This document shows, in pieces, positions 16,538 through 24,319 of a stretch of DNA of 32,000 nucleotides (the first letter of the stretch is position 1; every line of letters starts with the position of its first letter). The stretch is taken from contig NZ_CP088239.1 in the NCBI RefSeq assembly GCF_021054785.1, positions 270,001-302,000 of the forward strand, given 5' to 3'. The translations under genes and the position numbers were made by a program. Below the pieces are notes generated by a model. It searched no databases. It saw only the letters and a list, made by a program, of their open reading frames with translations, and was not told the origin of the DNA. The DNA is from Tannockella kyphosi (GTDB lineage Bacteria; Bacillota_I; Bacilli_A; Erysipelotrichales; Coprobacillaceae).

Positions 16538-17919
16538 TCTTTTTTAAAGGTTTTTAGATATTGTTCATTTACAGCGATGACTTGGATCATCGCTTTTTTT
16601 CCTGGAGCTCCTAAAGTAACACGCTTATTGACGCATGTTTCTAATGAAATAGCTTCGTAAATATCTTCTTGGAAAACAGGAGAAACTTCTTGGAACTGTG
16701 CTAATGATAAGTCATCTAAAGCACAGTTTTCTTGTATTGCTTTTAAAACCAATGTTCCAATAATGCCATGAGCATCACGGAAAGGAACTCCATGATTGAC
16801 TAAATAATCAGCAGCATCCGTTGCATTCGTAAAACCACCAGTAGCACTCTTTTTCATATTATCTTTATTAAAAGTAGTTGTTTTCAACATATCATTTAAT
16901 AATTGAAGACAACCTTTTGTAGTCCTAATAGCATCAAAAACACCTTCTTTATCTTCTTGCATATCTTTATTATATGCTAAAGGAATACCTTTCATCGTAG
17001 TCAATAGACTAGTTAGTGCACCATATACTCTTCCTGTTTTACCACGAATTAATTCTGCAATATCAGGGTTTTTCTTTTGTGGCATGATTGAACTTCCAGT
17101 AGAGAAAGTATCATCTAATTCAATAAATTGATATTCATTGCTATTCCAAATAATAATTTCTTCACTTAAACGTGACATATGCATCATCATAGTAGCCATT
17201 GCACTTAATAATTCTATTAAATAATCACGGTCACTAACACCATCCATACTATTTAAACAAGGTCCATCAAAACCAAGTAATGAGGCAGTATATTCACGAT
17301 CCAAAGGATAAGTAGTTCCAGCCATAGCACCGCTACCTAAAGGACAAACATTCATACGTGTATAGATATCTTCTAAACGTTGTGAATCACGTTTAAACAT
17401 TTCAAAATATGCTCCCATATGATGAGCTAAAGTAACTGGTTGCGCTTTTTGTAAATGCGTAAAGCCAGGCATAAATGTTTCGGTATGGTTTTTCATAATA
17501 TCATGAATTGTTGATAAAACATCAAAGCAAAGTTCATGTAATAAGATAATTTGATCTCTTGTATATAGACGCATATCTAATGCTACTTGGTCATTTCTAC
17601 TTCTACCAGTATGTAATTTTTTACCAGGTTCACCAATACGCATTGTTAATGTTGCTTCTACAAAACTATGAATATCTTCATAACTAGTATCTATTTGTAA
17701 ATCACCACTTTGTAAGTCATCTAAAATACTTTGTAATCCTTCTTGAATTTGTAAACCTTCATTATCTGTTAATAATCCTTGTTTTGTAAGCATTTTAGCA
17801 TGGGCAATACTTCCTTGAATATCTTGTACATAAAATACTTGATCGAATCCAATCGAAGCATTAAATTCATGTACTAATTGATTGGTTGGTTTTGTAAATC
17901 TTCCACCCCATAATTTCAT
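16531..17919 (-). CDS. argH: Argininosuccinate lyase
   Basis: MKLWGGRFTK start and the fumarate-lyase signature GSSIMPQKKNPD. Start moved to ATG 17919 behind AGGAGG. The stop overlaps the murE stop region by 7 nt. Confidence 0.92.
   Translation of the reverse strand: MKLWGGRFTKPTNQLVHEFNASIGFDQVFYVQDIQGSIAHAKMLTKQGLLTDNEGLQIQEGLQSILDDLQSGDLQIDTSYEDIHSFVEATLTMRIGEPGKKLHTGRSRNDQVALDMRLYTRDQIILLHELCFDVLSTIHDIMKNHTETFMPGFTHLQKAQPVTLAHHMGAYFEMFKRDSQRLEDIYTRMNVCPLGSGAMAGTTYPLDREYTASLLGFDGPCLNSMDGVSDRDYLIELLSAMATMMMHMSRLSEEIIIWNSNEYQFIELDDTFSTGSSIMPQKKNPDIAELIRGKTGRVYGALTSLLTTMKGIPLAYNKDMQEDKEGVFDAIRTTKGCLQLLNDMLKTTTFNKDNMKKSATGGFTNATDAADYLVNHGVPFRDAHGIIGTLVLKAIQENCALDDLSLAQFQEVSPVFQEDIYEAISLETCVNKRVTLGAPGKKAMIQVIAVNEQYLKTFKKDY
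16574..16600 (+). terminator. murE terminator embedded in the argH 3' coding region
   Basis: GCGATGA (16574-16580) pairs with TCATCGC (16587-16593) around loop CTTGGA. A T7 run follows (16594-16600). It lies 37 nt past the murE stop. Confidence 0.65.
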
Positions 17920-17942
17920 TGTTATTCCTCCTGTAATATTAG

Positions 17943-17962
17943 AAAAGGGCAAACGCCCTTTT
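17943..17962. promoter_or_regulatory. GC-cored hairpin in the 44-nt argG-argH intercistronic gap
   Basis: AAAAGGGC (17943-17950) pairs with GCCCTTTT (17955-17962) around loop AAAC. On the coding (minus) strand it directly follows the argG TAA and is trailed by TTTTCT, then the argH SD. Confidence 0.5.
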
Positions 17963-17963
17963 T

Positions 17964-19187
17964 TTATTTGTTATTTAATTTCATTGCACGAACTTTTGTT
18001 GAAAGTCCATAAAGAGTAATAAATCCTTGTGCATCTTTATGATCATATAATTCACCAGTAGTAAATGATGCAATATCTTCATCATATAAAGTAAATGGAG
18101 AAGTAGTACCTTCTTTAATAATATTTCCTTTATATAATCTAAAATTAGTTGTACCTGTCACTACTTCTTGTGTTTTGCTTACAAAAGCACTAATTGCTTC
18201 ACGTAATGGTGAGAACCATTTTGCTGCATATACTAATTCAGCTAATTCTACCGATATTAAACGTTTGTATTTTAATGTTTCTCTATCCAATACTAATTCT
18301 TCTAATTGACGATGAGCTTCCATTAAGATAGTTCCACCTGGAGTTTCATAAACACCTCTAGATTTCATACCAACCACACGATTTTCAACAATATCAACAA
18401 TACCAACACCATGTTTACCACCAATATCATTTAATGTTTCTAAAATTTGAGTTAATCCCATTGATTCTCCATTTAATTTAACAGGAACACCATCTACCCA
18501 TTCAATAGAAATATGTTCTGCAGTTTCTGGAGCTTTTTCTGGAGAAGTAGATAACACTAACAAATGATCATAATTTGGTGTATTAGCAGGATCTTCTAAT
18601 TCTAACCCTTCATGAGAAATATGCCAAATATTACGATCTCTTGAATAACTACTACTTGCATTAAATGGTAAGAAAATACCATGGTCATTACAATATTGAA
18701 TACAGTCTTCACGAGATTGCATTGTCCATTTTGGATCTCTCCAAGCTGCTATAATTCTTAAATCTGGAGCTAATGCTTTAATTCCTAATTCAAAACGAAT
18801 TTGGTCATTTCCTTTACCAGTAGCACCATGACAAATAGCAGTAGCACCTTCTTTTCTAGCAATATCCACTAATACTTTAGCAATTAATGGTCTAGCAGTA
18901 GCAGTTCCTAATAGATATTTATATTCATAAACAGCATCACCTTGAACAGTGGGCATAATGTAGTCTTTTACATATTCATCTACAACATTTTCAATATATA
19001 GTTTTGTAGCACCAGAACTTTTAGCACGTTCTTCTAATCCGTCTAATTCTTCTTTTTGTCCTACATCGATACAACAACATACAACGTCATAATCATAGTT
19101 TTCTTTTAACCATGGAATAATAGTAGTTGTATCAAGCCCACCAGAATAGGCTAAAATTACTTTTTCTTTCACTTTTTCTTCCCCCAT
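17964..19187 (-). CDS. argG: Argininosuccinate synthase
   Basis: AYSGGLDTT (PP-loop) and GATGKGNDQIRFE are present. The ATG at 19187 has no SD. An in-frame GTG at 19172 sits 7 nt after GGGGGA and would give VKEKVILAYSGG, so the true start may be 15 nt downstream. Confidence 0.92.
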   Translation of the reverse strand: MGEEKVKEKVILAYSGGLDTTTIIPWLKENYDYDVVCCCIDVGQKEELDGLEERAKSSGATKLYIENVVDEYVKDYIMPTVQGDAVYEYKYLLGTATARPLIAKVLVDIARKEGATAICHGATGKGNDQIRFELGIKALAPDLRIIAAWRDPKWTMQSREDCIQYCNDHGIFLPFNASSSYSRDRNIWHISHEGLELEDPANTPNYDHLLVLSTSPEKAPETAEHISIEWVDGVPVKLNGESMGLTQILETLNDIGGKHGVGIVDIVENRVVGMKSRGVYETPGGTILMEAHRQLEELVLDRETLKYKRLISVELAELVYAAKWFSPLREAISAFVSKTQEVVTGTTNFRLYKGNIIKEGTTSPFTLYDEDIASFTTGELYDHKDAQGFITLYGLSTKVRAMKLNNK

Positions 19188-19277
19188 ATTTATTTAAATT
19201 ACTAATATAATATACGATAATTTAGAAAAAAGCAAATAAAGGAAGTAATTTAAAATAATATTGTAAACTAGTTTTAA

Positions 19278-19312
19278 AATTTAAAGTATATTTATGGTAT
19301 ATTAAGTATAAT
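19278..19312 (+). promoter_or_regulatory. Promoter of the two-component operon with candidate response-regulator box
   Basis: AATTTAAAGTATATTT (19278-19293) is followed 13 nt later by TATAAT (19307-19312). There is no recognisable -35. GTATATT is repeated 11 bp apart (19286-19292 and 19297-19303). The same 16-mer with the same spacing occurs at 21232. Confidence 0.5.
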
Positions 19313-19330
19313 AAAAATGAGGACGAGGAT

Positions 19331-20002
19331 ATGAGACTATTATTATGTGAAGATGAAATACAATTATCAAAAGCATTAGTTGCTATTTTAAAACATAGTA
19401 ACTATTCAATTGATGCTGTATATAATGGACAAAGTGCATTAGAATATTTAGAAACTGAAAATTATGATGTTGTATTATTAGATATTATGATGCCTAAAGT
19501 AGATGGGTTAACGGTATTGAAAGAGTTAAGAAGAAAAGGAAATATGGTTCCTGTTATTATGTTGACTGCTTTAGGGCAAGTGGATGATAAGGTACAAGGA
19601 TTGGATTTAGGGGCGAATGATTATTTAACAAAGCCTTTTGAAACAAAAGAACTATTAGCAAGAATTAGAGCAGTTACTAGAAATCAAGATAGTGCTGCTA
19701 GTTCATTGTTGAAACTAGGGAATGTTACGTTAGATCGAGCATCATTTGAAGTATCATCTCCTTTGTTAACAATCAAATTAGCGAATAAAGAATTTCAAAT
19801 GTTAGAAATGATGATGTTAAATCCTAGATATGTGATTCCTACAGAAAAATTTATGGAAAAAATATGGGGATATGATAGTGATAGTGAATTACAAGTAGTA
19901 TGGGTATGTATTTCTACATTACGAAAGAAACTAATAAATATGGAAGCAAATATACAAATATCAGTAAAAAGAAATACAGGATATTGTTTGGAGGAAAAAT
20001 AA
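19331..20002 (+). CDS. OmpR/PhoB-family response regulator
   Basis: The receiver domain shows LLCEDE, DVVLLDIMMP and LTKPF. The C-terminal winged-helix output domain shows LTIKLANKEFQMLEMMM...VWVCISTLRKK. Confidence 0.9.
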   Translation: MRLLLCEDEIQLSKALVAILKHSNYSIDAVYNGQSALEYLETENYDVVLLDIMMPKVDGLTVLKELRRKGNMVPVIMLTALGQVDDKVQGLDLGANDYLTKPFETKELLARIRAVTRNQDSAASSLLKLGNVTLDRASFEVSSPLLTIKLANKEFQMLEMMMLNPRYVIPTEKFMEKIWGYDSDSELQVVWVCISTLRKKLINMEANIQISVKRNTGYCLEEK

Positions 20003-21199
20003 ATGGAAAAAGCTTTGCGAAAGAAATTTATTTTTATTTCTTTTGGATCTATCTTTATTGTATTAATGGGAATTGCAAGTATTTTAACAATTACCAACTA
20101 CATGACCATGCAAAAAACAGTAGACTCTACCTTACGTATTATTATTGATAATGATGGTATCTTCCCTAGAGACATTAGTCAAGTATCTGAGATGTCTTTG
20201 TCACCGGAAGCTAGTTATACGACACGTTATTTTACAGTATCATTAGATGATAATAATGATGTTTTTATGGTAAATACATCTTATATTCAAGGGGTCACTA
20301 CACAAAATGCAATAGAGTATGTAGAAAGTATTATTGAAAACAATAGTGAACAAGGGACTGTAGACTCTTATAAATATCAGATTGTAACAACAGAAGATAG
20401 TTGCTTATTTGTATTTGTAGATTATAGTCAACAACTAAGTACATTTCAAAGTTATCTAATGAATACGATTGGTATCTGTGCAATAACCTTAATAGGAGTA
20501 TTTATACTATTAGTGCTTTTTTCTAAAAAAGCAACAGAACCAATCATCCAAAGTTATGAAAAACAAAAATTATTTATAACAGATATGTCTCATGAAATTA
20601 AAACACCGTTAGCTATTGTAAAAGCAAATACAGAGGTAATGGAATTAGAATGGGGAGAAACAGAATGGACAAAGAGTACTCATCAACAAGTAAATCATTT
20701 AAATAACTTAGTTAACTCTTTATTATCACTTGCTAAGTTAGAAAAAACAAATGAACTAAAAAAAGAGTTCTCTTTATCTACAACTTTAGAAGAAGTTGCT
20801 GATCCTTATATTATTTTAAGTACCAATATGTCTATTGAATTACATATCGAACAAAATGTAATCTATAAAGGAGATCAACAAGCGATTCGTCAATTAGTAT
20901 CTATTTTATTAGAAAATGCATTAAAATATGGAAAAGAGTTTACTACTATTTCTATTGTTTTAAAAAAAGAAAAAGAGAAATATATTATTGCTTGTCATAA
21001 TGAAGTAGAATATATAGAAATAGGGAAACATGATGATTGGTTTAAAAGGTTTTATCGTGAAGAGTCTTCTAAAAGTAGTGATTTAGAAGGATTTGGAATT
21101 GGTTTAGCGTTAGCTAAATCAATTGTGAAGGATCATAAAGGTCTTATACAGGCTGAGAGTAAGGATCATTATAGTGTTATGTTTATTATTGAATTATAA
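20003..21199 (+). CDS. Sensor histidine kinase (two TM helices, about 130-aa extracytoplasmic loop, HisKA + HATPase_c)
   Basis: H-box FITDMSHEIKTPL, N-box LLENALKYG and G-box GFGIGLALAK. TM helices are at about residues 10-32 and 163-183. The ATG abuts the RR stop. Confidence 0.85.
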   Translation: MEKALRKKFIFISFGSIFIVLMGIASILTITNYMTMQKTVDSTLRIIIDNDGIFPRDISQVSEMSLSPEASYTTRYFTVSLDDNNDVFMVNTSYIQGVTTQNAIEYVESIIENNSEQGTVDSYKYQIVTTEDSCLFVFVDYSQQLSTFQSYLMNTIGICAITLIGVFILLVLFSKKATEPIIQSYEKQKLFITDMSHEIKTPLAIVKANTEVMELEWGETEWTKSTHQQVNHLNNLVNSLLSLAKLEKTNELKKEFSLSTTLEEVADPYIILSTNMSIELHIEQNVIYKGDQQAIRQLVSILLENALKYGKEFTTISIVLKKEKEKYIIACHNEVEYIEIGKHDDWFKRFYREESSKSSDLEGFGIGLALAKSIVKDHKGLIQAESKDHYSVMFIIEL

Positions 21200-21200
21200 G

Positions 21201-21226
21201 GGGATAACAAAAGTTATCCCTTTTTT
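21201..21226 (+). terminator. Intrinsic terminator after the histidine kinase gene
   Basis: GGGATAAC (21201-21208) pairs with GTTATCCC (21213-21220) around loop AAAA. A T6 run follows (21221-21226). Confidence 0.85.
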
Positions 21227-21231
21227 ATGTT

Positions 21232-21266
21232 AATTTAAAGTATATTTTAGGTTAAGGAATTAGAAT
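21232..21266 (+). promoter_or_regulatory. Promoter of the VTC-DUF4956-lipoprotein operon with the same candidate regulator box
   Basis: AATTTAAAGTATATTT (21232-21247) is followed 13 nt later by TAGAAT (21261-21266). There is no recognisable -35. SD AAAGGAG and the ATG at 21298 lie downstream. Confidence 0.5.
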
Positions 21267-21297
21267 GTAGATAGTAAAAGTAAAGGAGTATCAAACA

Positions 21298-22017
21298 ATG
21301 GAAACACAAATGACTTTTAAAAGATATGAGTTAAAATATATTCTAACTAAAAATCAGTATGTTGAATTAAAAGAAATTATGCAAGAATATATGTGTTTGG
21401 ATCAGTTTGGAAAACATACGATACGAACAATTTATTTAGATACACAAGATCATCGTTTGATTCGTCATTCCATAGAAAAACCAACGTATAAAGAAAAGTT
21501 ACGTGTTCGAGCATATGGGGATATTCAAAAAGAAGATGACGTCTTTATTGAATTGAAGAAGAAATATGAAGGAGTTGTTTATAAAAGGAGAATCAGTGTC
21601 CCACAAGAACAAGCTGTTAATTATTTGGAGAATCATGTTCCATTAGCTCAAAAAAATCAAATTACTAGGGAAATTGATTATTTTATAAAATATTATGAGG
21701 GATTGAAACCATCAATGTTATTAAGTTATGATCGAGAAGCTTTTTTTGGTTTAGAGGATGTGAATTTTAGGATGACATTTGATCAAAATGTTTTATCTAG
21801 AGAAGATCATTTATCTTTGTTAGAAGAGGTTTATGGAGATGAACTATTACCAGAGGATACAGTTTTATTAGAAGTTAAAACAACCTATGGATTACCAAGT
21901 TGGTTATTGCATTTTTTTAGTAGTCATCAGTTGTATAAAACTTCATTTTCAAAATATGGAACAGCTTATAAAAAAGTATTGTTCCCAAAAATACAAGGAG
22001 GAGATTTAAATGTTTAG
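21298..22017 (+). CDS. VTC-domain (polyphosphate polymerase-like, triphosphate tunnel metalloenzyme fold) protein
   Basis: FKRYELKYIL (ExK strand), TIYLDTQDHRL, KLRVRAYG, FIELKKK and LLEVKT are the alternating charged beta-strand motifs of the CYTH/VTC tunnel. TIYLDT...LRVR parallels the Vtc4 SIYFDN...LRLR region. The protein is soluble and 239 aa. Confidence 0.75.
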   Translation: METQMTFKRYELKYILTKNQYVELKEIMQEYMCLDQFGKHTIRTIYLDTQDHRLIRHSIEKPTYKEKLRVRAYGDIQKEDDVFIELKKKYEGVVYKRRISVPQEQAVNYLENHVPLAQKNQITREIDYFIKYYEGLKPSMLLSYDREAFFGLEDVNFRMTFDQNVLSREDHLSLLEEVYGDELLPEDTVLLEVKTTYGLPSWLLHFFSSHQLYKTSFSKYGTAYKKVLFPKIQGGDLNV

Positions 22018-22699
22018 TTCTTTATTTACAGGTATCTTTGATACTACATCAACGGTTACAGTTGATTTGTCAGGTTTTTTAATTTGTATGGTAGTAGCGA
22101 TTGTAATTGGTGTCTTTAATGCATGGGTATATACGTTCCAAGGAAAGTATTCAAAGAGTTTTGTGACAACATTAGCGATTATTCCTGCTGTAGTTACAAT
22201 GATTATTATGATGGTAAATGGTAATATTGGTGCTGGAGTTGCAGTAGCAGGTGCGTTTAGTTTAGTACGTTTCCGTTCTGTTCCAGGAACTGCTAAAGAA
22301 ATAGGAGCTATTTTTACTGCAATGGGATCAGGATTAACATTAGGGATGGGTTATATTGCTTTTGCAGTTATTTTTGTTATTTTTGTATCGGCGTTTGAAA
22401 TGATTTTATTCCAATCTTCTTTTGGTGATTATCAAACAAATAAACGTGTTTTAAAGATTACGATACCTGAAGATTTAAATTATACAGATGTGTTTAATGA
22501 TTTATTTAAGAAATATACTTCTTTTTGTGAGTTACATTATGTTAAAACTACGAATATGGGAAGTTTATTTAAATTAAGTTATGAAATTGAATTAAAAAAT
22601 GAAAAAAGAGAAAAAGCTTTTATTGATGCATTACGTTGTAGAAATGGAAATTTAGAAATAGTAATTACTAAAGATATGAATACGGCAGTAGAATTGTAG
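22010..22699 (+). CDS. DUF4956 domain-containing membrane protein
   Basis: About four N-terminal TM helices and the conserved FSLVRFRSVPGTAKEIGAIF segment, followed by a soluble C-terminal half. It overlaps the VTC gene by 8 nt. Confidence 0.7.
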   Translation: MFSSLFTGIFDTTSTVTVDLSGFLICMVVAIVIGVFNAWVYTFQGKYSKSFVTTLAIIPAVVTMIIMMVNGNIGAGVAVAGAFSLVRFRSVPGTAKEIGAIFTAMGSGLTLGMGYIAFAVIFVIFVSAFEMILFQSSFGDYQTNKRVLKITIPEDLNYTDVFNDLFKKYTSFCELHYVKTTNMGSLFKLSYEIELKNEKREKAFIDALRCRNGNLEIVITKDMNTAVEL

Positions 22700-22708
22700 G
22701 TGATTGGT

Positions 22709-24319
22709 ATGTCAAAAGGGAAAATATTGATTTTTATCAGTTTAGCTCTTTGTTTATCGGGATGTAGTTTCGTAGAGAATGTTGTTGATTTAGTATCAGA
22801 AACAGAAATAGAGTTATATAGTGGTGATACAGAAGGATTGTTTTCTGATCGTGATTTGGAGGTTGGTTATGACCTAACAACATGTTCTAATATTGTTTTA
22901 GTAGATGGAGCAAGTAGTAGTGATGATGCTAGTGTTTCTATTAGTGATGATATTATTACGATTAGTGAGGAAGGAACTTATTTTGTTTCAGGGTCGTTAA
23001 GTGATGGACAAATAGTGGTAGATGCTAGTAGTGATGATAAAATACAATTAGTATTAGGTAGTATTTGTATTACTAATCAATCAACGGCAGCAATTAGTAT
23101 TTTACAAGCAGATAAAGTTTTTATTACAATGGTTAGTGGATCATTCAATACACTTGATGTAACAATTGATGAAAGTGTTTCTGTATATGAAGATACGATT
23201 ATTGATGGAGCTATTTTTTCACAAGATGATGTTACCATTAATGGTGATGGACAATTAGTGATTACGACAGTAGATGGAAATGGAATCAGTTCAAAAGATG
23301 ATTTAGTTATCACTAGTGGAACATATGTAATAGAAGCTTCTAATAATGGTTTAGAAGCAAATGATAATTTATTGATAGCTAGTGGTGATTTTACAATTAC
23401 AACTGGCGGAGGTTGGCAAGAAGCTCCAGCAACGACAGCAAGTAGTACTTCAATGATGCCAGGAATGAATTCTAGTAGTAGTTCAAGTAGTAGTTCTTCT
23501 AGTGAAAGTAGTGGGGGAAAAGCGATAGAGAGTGAGACACTTATTTATATTAAAGGTGGGGATTTCTATTTAGATTCTTATGATGATGCGATTCATAGTG
23601 ATTATGAAGTAATTATTGATGATGGAGTATTTGAAATAATGACAGCAGATGATGCGATTCATAGTGAGTTGAATACGGTTATTAATGGAGGTACTATTGA
23701 TATTACGATGTGTTATGAAGGTGTAGAAGGTCAAAATGTATTTATTAATGGTGGTGATGTTTGTATCTATTCTACGGATGATGGAATTAATGTATCACAA
23801 AGTGATGTAGTTGATAATGATGAAGGTATTGCTGTTACTATTACGGGAGGTACTATTTATATTGATAGTAATGATGAAGGTGATGGTATTGATTCGAATG
23901 GAAGTATTTATATAACTGGAGGAATGGTTTTTATTGAGAGTACTGATGTAACAACGGATACTTCTTTAGATTATGAAGAAGATGCTATTATTACGGGAGG
24001 AACTTTTATTGGATTAGGTAGTTCAGGTTTAACAGTGGAAAACTTTAGTGAGACAACACAAGGATCAATGCTTATTGAACTTTCTAGTGTAACTACGGGT
24101 AGTGTTATTTTAGAAGATAGTGATGGGAATGTTATTTTGAGTGTAGAACCTACTAAAACCTATGAAGTTCTTATTATTAGTAGTCCTGATGTGGAAGAAG
24201 GAGAAACGTATTATTTGACAACGGGGACCTCTACACAGACTATTGAAATGTCAGATTTGATTTATGGGGAAAGTAGTTCAAGTAGTCAAAATATTTTTGG
24301 TGGATTTTCAGGAAGATAG
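22709..24319 (+). CDS. Surface lipoprotein with beta-helix repeats (Cthe_2159-type carbohydrate-binding domain family)
   Basis: Signal peptide MSKGKILIFISLALCLSGC with lipobox LSGC. Repeats of the type ITISEEGTYFVSGSLSDGQIVVDA, DDVTINGDGQLVITT, GISSKDDLVITSGTYVIEA, DDAIHS (twice), GGTIYIDSNDEGDGIDSNGSIYITGG. An internal S12-E-S-S linker is present. Start set at ATG 22709 behind AGGTGA. The track start is a GTG at 22700 that abuts the upstream stop. Confidence 0.7.
   Translation: MSKGKILIFISLALCLSGCSFVENVVDLVSETEIELYSGDTEGLFSDRDLEVGYDLTTCSNIVLVDGASSSDDASVSISDDIITISEEGTYFVSGSLSDGQIVVDASSDDKIQLVLGSICITNQSTAAISILQADKVFITMVSGSFNTLDVTIDESVSVYEDTIIDGAIFSQDDVTINGDGQLVITTVDGNGISSKDDLVITSGTYVIEASNNGLEANDNLLIASGDFTITTGGGWQEAPATTASSTSMMPGMNSSSSSSSSSSSESSGGKAIESETLIYIKGGDFYLDSYDDAIHSDYEVIIDDGVFEIMTADDAIHSELNTVINGGTIDITMCYEGVEGQNVFINGGDVCIYSTDDGINVSQSDVVDNDEGIAVTITGGTIYIDSNDEGDGIDSNGSIYITGGMVFIESTDVTTDTSLDYEEDAIITGGTFIGLGSSGLTVENFSETTQGSMLIELSSVTTGSVILEDSDGNVILSVEPTKTYEVLIISSPDVEEGETYYLTTGTSTQTIEMSDLIYGESSSSSQNIFGGFSGR

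Noticed and set aside
17943-17966. Idea that the argG-argH hairpin (which has T7 on the plus strand) terminates a long murE read-through transcript antisense to all of argH
   Set aside because: A proper plus-strand terminator for murE exists at 16574-16600, only 37 nt past its stop. Kilobase-long antisense read-through is therefore not needed to explain the hairpin.
19795-20148. 100-aa minus-strand and 82-aa plus-strand ORFs overlapping the RR/HK junction
   Set aside because: Both are alternative frames of confidently assigned response-regulator and kinase genes. They have no SD and an I/F/K/N-rich composition typical of AT-rich shadow frames.
23077-23313. 78-aa minus-strand ORF inside the lipoprotein gene. 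The same class includes 25387-25608 inside argC and 27511-27825 inside argB.
   Set aside because: These are antisense shadow ORFs within well-supported genes. They have no independent start signals.
23471-23512. Poly-serine AGT/TCT tract in the lipoprotein gene as a phase-variation (on/off) switch
   Set aside because: The repeat unit is a trinucleotide, so slippage would change linker length but not the reading frame. The codons are also mixed (AGT, TCA, TCT), which limits slippage.
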